From assembly GCA_028874905.1 (NCBI GenBank), contig JAPPGZ010000078.1, forward strand, positions 3,595-67,594: a DNA stretch of 64,000 nucleotides. Direction: 5' to 3'. A program made the translations under genes and the position numbers. Source of the stretch: Gemmatimonadota bacterium (GTDB taxonomy: Bacteria > Gemmatimonadota > Gemmatimonadetes > Longimicrobiales > Gaopeijiaceae). The first letter of the stretch is position 1; each line of letters opens with the position of its first letter. Positions 20,071-29,456 of this stretch are shown one piece after another. Below the pieces are notes generated by a model. That model ran no database searches, was not told the origin of the DNA, and was given only the letters and a program-made list of their open reading frames with translations.

Positions 20071-22263
20071 ATGGCACCTTACAGCTGTCGTTCCGGCCTC
20101 AGCGCTATCGCCGCCGTGGTCGTGGCCGCCCTCTGGGGGGTCGCCGACCTGGCGGGACAGACACGCGGGTACACGCCCGATGACTACTACCGCCTGGCCG
20201 TGGTGGGCGACGTTGCGGTCTCGCCCGACGGCGCGCACGTGGCGTTTACCGTGACCACCGTTGTAGAGGATGAGAACCGGCGCCACCGCGAGATCTGGGT
20301 CCAGCCGCTGTCCGGCGGCCGCCCGGACGGCGACGCCTTTGCCGTCACCAGCCCCAACGAGGAGTCGAGCGGCCCGCGCTGGTCGCCCGACGGCTCGCTC
20401 CTGTCCTTCTCTTCCTCGCGCGGAGACGATCCCAACCCGATCTGGTTCGTACGCGTCCGGGGCCCGGGAGGCGAAGCCTTCCACATCGAGGGCGTCGAGG
20501 GGCCGCCCGTATGGTCCCCCGATGGCGCGTCCATCGCCTACGTGAAGGCCCCCGACCCGGAGTCGGGCGACCCGGAAGACCAGGTACAAAACGGGGCAGC
20601 CGGCCGCGAGGGCTGGATTGCCCCCGACGCGGTCTCCCGGACTCTGGACTCCGACCGCTTCGACGGCCGCGTCATTACCTCGATCCGTTACAAGCGCGAC
20701 GGCCTCCTCGACTTCCAGCCGCACTACCTGACGCGCGAGAAGCGGCAGCTCATGGTGGTCGACTCGAACGGCGGCACGCCCGCCCAGCTCACGCAAGTCT
20801 CCTTCGACGTCGGCGGCCCGGTCTGGTCCGAGGACGGCCGGGTCATCTTCTTCACCGGCGACGAACGCCAGGACGACGAACTCGACAGCGAGAACACCGG
20901 CGACATCTGGGCCGTGGACGTGAGCGTGGGCACCGTCCGGCGTCTAACCTCCAACCCGGGAACCGAGAGTGCGCCGGCGATCTCGCCCGACGGCCGCCGC
21001 GTGGCCTTTCTGTCGACCCCCGCCCGCGGGAGCCAGACGGACCTGCTGGTCGCCGAAATCGGCCCCGATGGACACTTCCGCGGCGAGCCCGCCAACCTGA
21101 CCGCCGACTGGGATCGTCGCCCCGGCGCCCCCATGTGGTCGGCCGACGGCGCCAACGTTCTCTTCTCTGCCGGAATCGCCGGGGACAGCCACCTCTTCCG
21201 GGCTTCCGCCGCCGCAACGGCCGCCGCAGCCGCACCCCCAGCCGCGGGCCGCGTCCAGCAGGTCACCCGCGGCGCCCGCCGGCTGTCCTCCTTCTCCTTC
21301 TCCGATGCGGGCGACGTCATGGCCTTCACGGCAACCGACGCGGTCACACCGACCGAACTCTACGTCGGCCCCGGAGATGGCTCCAGCGAGCAGAAGGTCA
21401 CGCGCTTCAACGACGGCTGGCTCTCGGACGTGTCGCTGATGCCCGCCGAGGAACTGACCTGGACCGCCGAGGACGGCACCGTGATCCAGGGCTGGATGGT
21501 CCGCCCCGTCAACTTCCGCGAGGGCGGCTCCTTCCCCATGGTGCTCAAGATCCACGGCGGACCGCATTCAGCCTACGGGAACACATTCTTCCCGACCTTC
21601 CACGTGCTGTCGGCGGCAGGATTCTTCGTCCTCTACACCAACCCGCGCGGATCGTCCGGATACGGGCACGACTTCCAGTACGCGACGCGCGGCGAGTGGG
21701 GCATCGTGGACCGCGAGGACTACCTGGCCGGGGTCGAGACGGCGCTCGCCGAATACCCCGAGATCGACGCCAACCGGCTCGGCGTTTCGGGCGGAAGCTA
21801 CGGCGGCTTCATGACGAACTGGCTCACCGCGACCACCGAACGCTTCCACGCCGCCGTCACCTCGCGTTCGATCACCAACTGGGAGAGCTGGTGGGGCACC
21901 TCCGACGCGCAGGGCCTGACCGAGTACGAGTTCTACGGCCCGCCATGGGAGCAGCGCGACCTCTACCGCCGCCTGTCGCCCATCTCGTACGTGGAGAACG
22001 TCACCGCACCGACGCTGATCATCCACAGCGAGCAGGACTACCGCACCCCGATCGGCGACGGCGAGCAATGGTTCATGTCGCTCAGGAAGCTGGGTGTGCC
22101 CGCGGAACTGGTCCGCTACCCCCGGTCGTCCCACGGCCTCTCGCGAACCGGCGAGCCCTGGCTGCTCGTGGACCGCCTGGAACGCATCCGGAGCTGGTTC
22201 GAGCACTTCCTCATCCAGAACCCGCCCCTGAGACGCGCCGGAGCGGAGTCCGGACGCCGTTGA
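20071..22263 (+). CDS. S9 family serine peptidase (prolyl oligopeptidase/acylaminoacyl-peptidase type)
   Basis: N-terminal beta-propeller repeats (SPDG..VAF; WSPDGS). C-terminal hydrolase with nucleophile elbow GGSYGGFM, plus Asp and His regions. Confidence 0.9.
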   Translation: MAPYSCRSGLSAIAAVVVAALWGVADLAGQTRGYTPDDYYRLAVVGDVAVSPDGAHVAFTVTTVVEDENRRHREIWVQPLSGGRPDGDAFAVTSPNEESSGPRWSPDGSLLSFSSSRGDDPNPIWFVRVRGPGGEAFHIEGVEGPPVWSPDGASIAYVKAPDPESGDPEDQVQNGAAGREGWIAPDAVSRTLDSDRFDGRVITSIRYKRDGLLDFQPHYLTREKRQLMVVDSNGGTPAQLTQVSFDVGGPVWSEDGRVIFFTGDERQDDELDSENTGDIWAVDVSVGTVRRLTSNPGTESAPAISPDGRRVAFLSTPARGSQTDLLVAEIGPDGHFRGEPANLTADWDRRPGAPMWSADGANVLFSAGIAGDSHLFRASAAATAAAAAPPAAGRVQQVTRGARRLSSFSFSDAGDVMAFTATDAVTPTELYVGPGDGSSEQKVTRFNDGWLSDVSLMPAEELTWTAEDGTVIQGWMVRPVNFREGGSFPMVLKIHGGPHSAYGNTFFPTFHVLSAAGFFVLYTNPRGSSGYGHDFQYATRGEWGIVDREDYLAGVETALAEYPEIDANRLGVSGGSYGGFMTNWLTATTERFHAAVTSRSITNWESWWGTSDAQGLTEYEFYGPPWEQRDLYRRLSPISYVENVTAPTLIIHSEQDYRTPIGDGEQWFMSLRKLGVPAELVRYPRSSHGLSRTGEPWLLVDRLERIRSWFEHFLIQNPPLRRAGAESGRR

Positions 22264-23648
22264 CCGACCTTCCGCCACTACCATACCCCGAGCGCCGCAA
22301 GACCGCGCTCTCACGCATGGCGGATGGATCCATGCTCTTGCCCGCTTCCGCATTGAGGTACAAGAGCGGCGATTCTGAGTACCGCTACCGCCCCGACTCG
22401 GAGATGCTCTATCTCACGGGGTGGGAGGAATGGGGCAGCATCGCCGTGCTGAGAGGACACGCCGCAAAGGACCGCTTCGTGCTCTTCGTGCCTGCGCGGG
22501 ACGCCGAACGGGAGCGATGGACGGGCCCCCGTCTGGACCCGGGAGAGGTGAAGGCCCGCTTCGGCGCGGACGCGGTCTTCCCCATGAAGGACTTCCGGGA
22601 GCGCGGACCGGCGCTGCTGGCCGATGGAGACCGGATCCACTACCGCCTGGGCGCGTCCGCGATGTGCGACGAGGTGGTGCGCGAGGCTCTGCGCGCCGGG
22701 CGGGCGCGGCGGGCGAGGAAGGGTGCGGGCGCACACATGGTGGTCGATCCGGGGGCGGTCCTGGACGCGATGCGGGTGCGGAAGGACGCAGCCGAAATTG
22801 CGCGGCTGCGGGAGGCCGCGCGGATCTCGGTGGCCGCGTTTCGCGAGGCGCTCGCGCGTGTGCGGCCCGGGGCGGGGGAGTGGGAGGTGGAGGCCGCGCT
22901 GGAGGCGGGATTCCGCAGCCGGGGCGCGGGCGGGCCGGCCTTCGCGACGATCGTGGCCGCGGGGGCGAACGCGTGCACGCTGCACTATTCCGCCAACCGC
23001 GCCCGCATCGGGGGCGGCGACCTGGTGCTGATGGACGCGGGCGCCGAGTTCGACTACTACGCCGCCGACATCACGCGCACCGTGCCCGCGTCGGGGCGGC
23101 TGGAGGGGGCGCGGCGGGAAGCGTACGAGGTCGTGCGGGGAGCGCACCGCGCGGCGGTGGCGGCGTGTCGGCCGGGTGGGACCCTGGAGGACGTGCACGA
23201 GGCGGCCAGCCGCGCGATCGCGGTGGGGCTGGTGGGGATGGGGGTGGTGGAGGGGACGGCCGACGAGGTGCTGGAAGGTGGCGCGCACCGGGCGTTTTTC
23301 CCGCACAAGACGTCGCACTGGCTCGGGCTGGATACGCATGATGCGGGGCCGTATCGGCAGGCGCACGGCGCCGGTCGGGCCGGGCCGGGCGTGGGCGGTC
23401 CGAGCGCGGGCGGCACCGGCGTCCCCGTCGCGGACGTCCCGATCGAACTCGAGCCCGGCATGGTGTTCACCGTCGAACCCGGGCTGTACTTCCCGCCCGG
23501 CAGTTGCGACCGGGTGCCCGAGCTGGAAGGGATCGGCATCCGCATCGAAGACGATGTGCTGATCGGCGAGGACGGGGCCGAGGTGCTGACGGGTGAGCTG
23601 CCCGTGGCCCTCGAGGAGCTGGCGCCGCTGGTCGGGACGGCGTCGTGA
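22260..23648 (+). CDS. pepP: Xaa-Pro aminopeptidase (aminopeptidase P, M24B)
   Basis: N-terminal AMP_N (YRYRPDSEMLYLTG) and catalytic motifs DAGAEFDYYAADITRT, HKTSHWLGLDTHD, VFTVEPGLY, GIRIEDDVLI. TTG at 22260 overlaps the upstream stop; ATG 22317 is an alternative. Only the last third of the 1045-aa track ORF is used. Confidence 0.85.
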   Translation: MTDLPPLPYPERRKTALSRMADGSMLLPASALRYKSGDSEYRYRPDSEMLYLTGWEEWGSIAVLRGHAAKDRFVLFVPARDAERERWTGPRLDPGEVKARFGADAVFPMKDFRERGPALLADGDRIHYRLGASAMCDEVVREALRAGRARRARKGAGAHMVVDPGAVLDAMRVRKDAAEIARLREAARISVAAFREALARVRPGAGEWEVEAALEAGFRSRGAGGPAFATIVAAGANACTLHYSANRARIGGGDLVLMDAGAEFDYYAADITRTVPASGRLEGARREAYEVVRGAHRAAVAACRPGGTLEDVHEAASRAIAVGLVGMGVVEGTADEVLEGGAHRAFFPHKTSHWLGLDTHDAGPYRQAHGAGRAGPGVGGPSAGGTGVPVADVPIELEPGMVFTVEPGLYFPPGSCDRVPELEGIGIRIEDDVLIGEDGAEVLTGELPVALEELAPLVGTAS

Positions 23649-24595
23649 AGTCGCCGGCCCAGCCGCCCGCTTCGCCGCCGGCCGACGGCGCCCCTAGCCC
23701 GCTGCTTCAGCGCCTCGCTCAGCCAGACCCCCTGCTCGCGGTCGAGCTGCGCCCGCCCCGGCTCGGCATGGGCACCACGCGCAGCATGAGCGTCTGGATC
23801 GACATGCACCACGCGGTCCAGCGCCTCGCGCGGCAGGACACCTTCATCCTTCTCACTGACGATGCCGCGGGAGACCACGAAGAGGAGAGCCTGGGGCACC
23901 TGGCCGCGAACCTGGGCGGGAGCGCCGACCTGGGCGCGGTGGTGCCCTTTCTGACCTGCAAGCATCCGCTCGAGTACTGCCGGATGTTCGCGCGGCGGGC
24001 TTCGGGGCTGGGGGTGGCGGCGGTGGCGGTGGTCGGGGGGGACCATGCCGTCGGTCCCGAGCGATGCGTGCCGCACGGGAAGGATCTCCGCCGCATCCTG
24101 CGCGCCGATCAGCCCGGTCTGCCGCTCGGCGGGTGGGCGAACCCGCACCGGGATCCCGTCCGGCAGGCGCGCTTCGTCGCCGCCAAAGACTACACCGCCG
24201 ACTTCGTCCTCACCCAGATTGTGTCGCACCACTCCCTGGGCTGCGTCGAGCGCTTCCGGTCGGAGTTGGCACGGCTCGGCGTCGATCTGCCGGTCGTCTA
24301 CGGGGTCTTCCACTACCACAGCGCGAACGCGCGGACGCTGGACTACCTGGGGCGGTACTTTCCGGTGCCGGCGCGCGAGATCACGCGCGAGTTCGAGGGC
24401 GGGGCCACGGCCGAGGAGATCTGTCTGCGTTCAGTCCGCGGTCTGCGCGCGATCGGCGCCGACAAGGTGTACGTGAGCAACCTGCGGAGCCGGGATGTGG
24501 CGAGGCGGCTGGAGGGGATTGGGCAGGGGATGGGGGTAGGGGGCTCGTTGGGACGGAGTGTCAACTACGGTTTACAGGATGGAAACTCCGGTTGA
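23645..24595 (+). CDS. Methylenetetrahydrofolate reductase-like protein
   Basis: TIM-barrel MTHFR-like pattern (LAVELRPP...; VVGGD...; DFVLTQIVSHHS resembling the ITQ motif). Moderate similarity judged by eye only. Confidence 0.45.
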   Translation: MKSPAQPPASPPADGAPSPLLQRLAQPDPLLAVELRPPRLGMGTTRSMSVWIDMHHAVQRLARQDTFILLTDDAAGDHEEESLGHLAANLGGSADLGAVVPFLTCKHPLEYCRMFARRASGLGVAAVAVVGGDHAVGPERCVPHGKDLRRILRADQPGLPLGGWANPHRDPVRQARFVAAKDYTADFVLTQIVSHHSLGCVERFRSELARLGVDLPVVYGVFHYHSANARTLDYLGRYFPVPAREITREFEGGATAEEICLRSVRGLRAIGADKVYVSNLRSRDVARRLEGIGQGMGVGGSLGRSVNYGLQDGNSG

Positions 24596-24623
24596 CATGA
24601 CTAAGGGACTTAGTCAACTTCGC

Positions 24624-25634
24624 TCAGCTCTCCCGAGCCCACTCGATCAGTTCGTCGGCAGTCTCGCACTCGAACACCCTGGCGGCGATCGCCGCGACGC
24701 GATCCGAATCGGAAACCCCGGCGAGAACCGGGGCAAGGTCATCGGTCGCCTCCGGGCCGAACCTGCGAGCCGTCATCCGGAGAACCAGCTCACGTTCGCC
24801 TTCCAGGCGCCCTCGCCTGATGCCCTTCTCCAGGCATTGCTGATCCCGCTCCTTGCCCCATTTCCGCGCTCGCTCGATCAACGTTGTCATCTTTGTCCCC
24901 TCCTCTTCCCAGAGCCTTTCGTTTAGCGCGATGCCCTCCCTGCCGAGCCGCTGCACCAGCACCAGGGCAACCCAGGCCTTGATCAGCTTCGCGAGTTCCC
25001 GGTCGGTCGCGTTCTCCAGCCAGTCCGCCGCCTCAACCAACACCTCCTCGAACCGCTCCAGTGAGCGCGCCTGTTCGAAACTCGCGATCAGCGAGAGCAC
25101 GTTGTCTGATGGCTGTTCGGAGGCACGGATCGACTGCACCTCGATGAGAAGATATCGGTGCTGTGGCAGGTATCCAAGAAGCTCGTCCGGGACAGGTGCG
25201 AACAGGTCGCGGACATCCGTTGCCGCCGTCCACCTTCGCTCACCGTTATAGATGACGACAGGGAGAACGGGAGGGAATACACCGGCGGGGCCGAGATCGT
25301 CCTTGTCGAGTCCCCGCAGAATACGGACGGTGTATTCCATCATTCGCAGCGCCATGCGGCGATCGACGGTAGACTGGAACTCGAGCAGCACGAACAGGTA
25401 GAGCCAGCTGCCCTCGACCGTGAGGGCCTTCCAGAGCATGTCGGCGTGTCGCTGGCCCAGGCGTTCGGTGACGAAACTGGCCGGCAGACGTTCCAGCGTG
25501 GCGAAGTCGAGGTGACGTGAGAGGTCCCTAGCGGCCAAGCGCAGGGTATCTGTTACGGCGCTTTGTCGCGAGAAGAAGCTCTTGTAGGCGGCGTCGTGCC
25601 GTGGCTTCGTGTGCCGGTTCGGCTTGTTCGGCAT
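24624..25634 (-). CDS. Rpn family recombination-promoting nuclease/putative transposase (YhgA-like PD-(D/E)XK) with DUF4351-like tail, copy 1
   Basis: HDAAYKSFF..., core ADMLWKALT..LYLFVLLEFQS, VVIYNGERRW. C-terminal ARRFGPE...AARVFECETADEL tail. Start moved to ATG 25634. Confidence 0.8.
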   Translation of the reverse strand: MPNKPNRHTKPRHDAAYKSFFSRQSAVTDTLRLAARDLSRHLDFATLERLPASFVTERLGQRHADMLWKALTVEGSWLYLFVLLEFQSTVDRRMALRMMEYTVRILRGLDKDDLGPAGVFPPVLPVVIYNGERRWTAATDVRDLFAPVPDELLGYLPQHRYLLIEVQSIRASEQPSDNVLSLIASFEQARSLERFEEVLVEAADWLENATDRELAKLIKAWVALVLVQRLGREGIALNERLWEEEGTKMTTLIERARKWGKERDQQCLEKGIRRGRLEGERELVLRMTARRFGPEATDDLAPVLAGVSDSDRVAAIAARVFECETADELIEWARES

Positions 25635-26066
25635 CGTGCAGGGCTGAAGGGGGGAAGGCGGGGCGGTCGGAATGGTCTGGGGCCGTCGTCTGTGTGCCAA
25701 GTGCGAGGTCACCGAAAAGAGTCGCGCCGACCACCGGGCGCGCGAATGGCTGGATGGGCTGACGACCGAGGATCTGCCGGGCGGTCCAGCCCGACGTCGA
25801 GTGCCGACCTCAGGGCGTCAGTCAAGCTGAAGCGCCAGTACCAGTCCTAGCCCGTTCTCGACGTGTCCCGAAACGACCGAGACAGACTCGGGCACTCAAC
25901 TGCGCGATTCGCGCAGATCCCTTGAAACTCGGATGCCTTGGCGAGTCGTAGTCCATGTCAACGGACCGCGAACGAATAGCCTCTGTGATCGAGCGGTCCA
26001 CGACCGTATCGCGATCCGGGCCCCCTTAGGCGGCCACCAGCAAACTCCCCAATCGAAGGGGCAACA

Positions 26067-27107
26067 ATGGCGAACCTGCGATCATTCCTATGGATGGCGA
26101 TTCTCGTCGCTGGAACACCGGCACATGGCGTCGGCCAAGTACTTGAAGGACAGGCGGGGCCTGTCGAGTTCATCGGGCTGGAGCGTTGGGATGCACAGGA
26201 ACTCCTGGAGGCCATCCGGCGGCTCGCTCCTGACAAACCGCTAGCCGCCTGCGCGGTCACCATGAAAAGTGAGCTCGGCTTCGCCGATGCCGCTGTCTTC
26301 GGCCACTTCGACGCTGATTCCCCGGAACTCATCATGTCTGGAGATGCCGAACTCTACACGGTCATCGTCGGCGTAGAAGACAGTGTGCGGGTCAGGTTCC
26401 GAACAGCCGGAAGCGAGACAATCAATCTGCCGGCGCCTTGGGAGGCTCTAAAGTCCGTGACGGAGGAGGACTTTGGGACACTGGCCCTGGCTACGGAGAT
26501 GTTCCACTCTCGGCACGATCGTGAGGGTATACGGAAACGCCTTGAGCCTTACGGCATCGACGCGACGGCATTCGATCCCACTTGGGCGATGATCGAGGTC
26601 TTGGATGGTGACGAGGATCATCTCCTCGCTCGTGAAGTTCTCTCCAGGGACCTGTCATGGTCCTCCCGGGCCACGGCAGCAAGTGTCCTCGCCAACTTCA
26701 GCGGACACGACACTGCGTGGCACGACCTGATGGCGACTTTGACCGATCCCGATGGACGTGTTCAGAGTGCGGCCGAAGCCGTGCTCAGGGGGTTCGTGCA
26801 GGCCGATAGAGCCCGTCCGATCCGTTGGGAACCGGCCGAGGAACCTCTTGCGGCGTTGCTCGACGGTACAAACCTCTTCGCTTCCCCGACGGTTATGAAG
26901 GTCTTGGCCACGACACAGATCGAGCAGGAATTCGGTCGGCGCCTTCTTAAAGAAGCGCCGGACCTTCTGCTGGCGTACGTTGGCGCTAAGCACGAGGAAA
27001 CGCGAGAACCTGCGGTTGATCTCTTGAAGATCGTGAGCGGTGAGGACTTCGGAGCGGATCCCCATGCCTGGTCAGAATGGCTGAACGCTCCGCCGGATGA
27101 CTCCTGA
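26067..27107 (+). CDS. Secreted hypothetical protein with HEAT-like repeats
   Basis: Signal peptide MANLRSFLWMAILVAGTPAHG. C-terminal helical repeats such as DPDGRVQSAAEAVLRGF. Confidence 0.5.
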   Translation: MANLRSFLWMAILVAGTPAHGVGQVLEGQAGPVEFIGLERWDAQELLEAIRRLAPDKPLAACAVTMKSELGFADAAVFGHFDADSPELIMSGDAELYTVIVGVEDSVRVRFRTAGSETINLPAPWEALKSVTEEDFGTLALATEMFHSRHDREGIRKRLEPYGIDATAFDPTWAMIEVLDGDEDHLLAREVLSRDLSWSSRATAASVLANFSGHDTAWHDLMATLTDPDGRVQSAAEAVLRGFVQADRARPIRWEPAEEPLAALLDGTNLFASPTVMKVLATTQIEQEFGRRLLKEAPDLLLAYVGAKHEETREPAVDLLKIVSGEDFGADPHAWSEWLNAPPDDS

Positions 27108-27251
27108 GTGGCCGGATCGAACATTCGTTGGACTTCGGGCACCCTGGACACGCGTTCGAGAGGGGCAAGTCAACTCCGGTAGACACGCGTGGCGCGCCCC
27201 TCGCGCATGCCAATGACGCGCTCGAGGTGGGAGCCCGCCCAGGCGGTCAGG

Positions 27252-27836
27252 CTAATGCGCAATCCGGTAGGTGATGCCCGCGGTCAGCGACGATTCGAAG
27301 ATGCCCTCACTTCGGTCCAGCCAGTCCCAGGAGCCCCACTCCCGCAGGTCGAAACCGTAGCGGTAGTCGACAGTCATGCCGACGCGCCGGGACGCCTGGA
27401 TCGCCACGCCGATGCCGGCGACGAGCGGTACCTCGGATCTTGCTACCGGGCTGGAGCACCCCTCTGCCGTTCCTTGCGTGCGGCTCTCGCGGCGGCACCA
27501 GACCTCCACTCCATAGGAAGGCCCGAGCACGGCCCGCAGATCAACGCTGTCGTCCAGCGGGAACCGTACCTGGCCGAGCAACGACATGCCGACGAATTCA
27601 CAGAAAACCTTCCAGCACGACCACGAGCGTCCTCGTTTCGTGTATCCGGCGCCCAGCTGGATGCCGAATCGGTCCCCAAGGGGGGTATGGGCGGTGGCTC
27701 CTACCGTCATGTGCATTTCGTTATCGGACGTGTCGGGCCAGTATGGCCCTCCGTGGAGCCCGACTTCGGTGATCGGCGGCTGCACCATGAAGCCGAGCAC
27801 GGCTGTCACGATGAAGGGCAGGAAGTGCTCGAACAT
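27252..27836 (-). CDS. Hypothetical outer-membrane beta-barrel-like protein
   Basis: N-terminal hydrophobic helix, alternating strand pattern, C-terminal ..AGITYRIAH. Confidence 0.35.
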   Translation of the reverse strand: MFEHFLPFIVTAVLGFMVQPPITEVGLHGGPYWPDTSDNEMHMTVGATAHTPLGDRFGIQLGAGYTKRGRSWSCWKVFCEFVGMSLLGQVRFPLDDSVDLRAVLGPSYGVEVWCRRESRTQGTAEGCSSPVARSEVPLVAGIGVAIQASRRVGMTVDYRYGFDLREWGSWDWLDRSEGIFESSLTAGITYRIAH

Positions 27837-27908
27837 GGGTGCCTCCTTTTTGCCGCGGGGGCCGGGGCAAGGGCCCCAGCCCCCAGGACGTTCTCCCAGG
27901 CTGTCCCT

Positions 27909-28538
27909 TCAGATCGGGAAGTTCAGCGGCATCAGCGATTCCGACATGTCGATCTTCACCTCGTGGCCGCACACCGACCCGCGGAAGAAGCCCGTTGCCG
28001 GATTGTCCGGATCGGGAAAAACATTTGCCGTCGCCTCTACCGAGCCGTCGATCCGACAGCGACCTGAGCGCAGGTTCAGTTGCCAGCCGAGGGCACCGAT
28101 GATCGAGCCCTGGATCCTGACGACCTCCGTGAACTCGGGCGTCGCGGTCTCGACGTGCAGGTGGGAGCGGAGGTCCGGATCGCCGTCCACCAGGAACGTG
28201 TAGCCCTGGTACTTCATCCGGCACGCGGTCGGCACGATCGTGAGGCTTATGTCCGCCCCTTCATCGTCGGCTTCTGCCTGAAACTCATCGATGGTTTCTA
28301 TCACTTCCACCTGTCCCCCCTGCGGACACTGGATCATGACACTGCCGGGATGGATGGGGTTGGCTTCGTCGTTGAGCGACAGCCGGGTGATTCCGCGGAA
28401 TAGTGACACGGCCTCGTCCTGCGTGAGCTCCCGGGCGGGCTCATCCGGGGGCCGATAGCCTGGTGCGATCGGGTCCTCGCCACAGGCCGCGGCAAGGGCG
28501 AACGCAAGGACGATTGCGGGCATGGTGCGTGCGGACAT
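27909..28538 (-). CDS. Hypothetical lipoprotein
   Basis: Lipobox LAFALAAAC-G after a signal peptide. No further motif recognised. Confidence 0.5.
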   Translation of the reverse strand: MSARTMPAIVLAFALAAACGEDPIAPGYRPPDEPARELTQDEAVSLFRGITRLSLNDEANPIHPGSVMIQCPQGGQVEVIETIDEFQAEADDEGADISLTIVPTACRMKYQGYTFLVDGDPDLRSHLHVETATPEFTEVVRIQGSIIGALGWQLNLRSGRCRIDGSVEATANVFPDPDNPATGFFRGSVCGHEVKIDMSESLMPLNFPI

Positions 28539-28754
28539 GGTGTGCCTCCTTCTTTCTCGGGCCGAATCCTCGGCGGCCGGCCCTCCTCAGTCGGCCGAGA
28601 CCGGCGGGTTCCGATCCGGGCACACCTAGCATCGACAACGATTGTCCCGTCAATAAGCGGGAAAGCCCTGCAATTCATGAGGGAACCTACCCACGCCTGG
28701 GGGTCGTTTCCCTTATCTGAGAGCGGGGTGGACCGACGAACCCATCGCGTGCTT

Positions 28755-29099
28755 CTAAAGCGCCAGCACCAGTCTCAGCCCGCTCTCGACGCGCCCCATG
28801 AGTCTCCGGGAGACCTGTCCGGCCCGGTCGGTGAGGTAGTCTTCGTCAATCGTCAGCAGCTGGGTGACATTCGCAACCGAGTCCCTGGGGAGGCCGGTGC
28901 TTGCCGCCTGAAGGAGCACGTTGCCCGGAGCGTCGAGGAGCGGCGTATTCGACGAAAGGGCCACGCCAATTACGGTTCTGAGCCTGCTTCGGTTGAATGC
29001 GTCTGCCTGGACGATGAGGACGGGGCGCCGAAAGCCGGGTTCGGATTCGCGCGGCTCGTCCAGGTCCGCCCACCATACTTCCCGGCGTGCGACTACCAA
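28755..29099 (-). CDS. mazF: Type II toxin, PemK/MazF family
   Basis: REVWWADLDEPRESEPGFRRPVLIVQADAFN...VIGVALSSN is the classical MazF/PemK N-terminal signature. Overlaps the antitoxin stop by 7 nt. Confidence 0.85.
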   Translation of the reverse strand: MVVARREVWWADLDEPRESEPGFRRPVLIVQADAFNRSRLRTVIGVALSSNTPLLDAPGNVLLQAASTGLPRDSVANVTQLLTIDEDYLTDRAGQVSRRLMGRVESGLRLVLAL

Positions 29100-29326
29100 T
29101 CTTCGGCTACCGAGCGAGCCTGTGCGCGGCGCATGTCTGGATCGATCCCGCTGGGCGAATCGGCATAGACGGAATTCAGCCTTGCGGTAACGTCGGCGTC
29201 GCGGTGCTTCGCTACGTACTCCGCGACGGCGGTCGCGTAGAGTGCGCTTCGCGAGACCTTCAATCGCTTCGCAAGGGAATCAGCCGAGGCGAACACCGCG
29301 TCGGGAAGTGAAATGGTGGTTTTCAT
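29093..29326 (-). CDS. Ribbon-helix-helix (CopG/MazE-like) antitoxin
   Basis: MKTTISLPDAVFASADSLAKRLKVSRSALYATAVAEYV is an RHH fold signature. Located upstream of the toxin and overlapping it. Confidence 0.8.
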   Translation of the reverse strand: MKTTISLPDAVFASADSLAKRLKVSRSALYATAVAEYVAKHRDADVTARLNSVYADSPSGIDPDMRRAQARSVAEDW

Positions 29327-29350
29327 ACTGTAGTCATACTATGGTATGAC
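29323..29350. promoter_or_regulatory. Probable antitoxin operator
   Basis: TCATACT occurs twice (29323-29329, 29334-29340). Perfect inverted repeat GTCATAC-tatg-GTATGAC (29333-29350) begins 7 nt upstream of the antitoxin start codon. Confidence 0.5.
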
Positions 29351-29456
29351 ATCGGAGTCAAGTGGGGAGGTTGGCTTGCCGCCGCCGCAGGAACCGAAGC
29401 CCCGTCGTCGTGCGTCGAGGCCGTCGCTTGACGCCACCGGTTCCGCCGTTATATTG

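Noticed and set aside
7823-20072. Other long shadow ORFs (7823-9400 minus, 13011-14114 minus, 14912-16150 minus, 15433-17370 plus, 18129-19967 plus) and many 60-300-aa ORFs in the track
   Set aside because: Each overlaps a motif-bearing gene on the opposite strand or in another frame, and has the Arg/Pro/Gly-rich bias expected from GC-rich non-coding frames.
20511-22259. First two thirds of the 1045-aa track ORF 20511-23648
   Set aside because: This part overlaps the S9 peptidase in another frame and is Arg/Pro-rich. Aminopeptidase P similarity begins only at ~22260, so only the 3' third was called.
1-23648. Two M24 peptidase genes (1-675 and 22260-23648) as a duplication
   Set aside because: The sequences are clearly different subfamilies (short Xaa-Pro-dipeptidase-like versus AMP_N-containing aminopeptidase P), so this is not a recent duplication.
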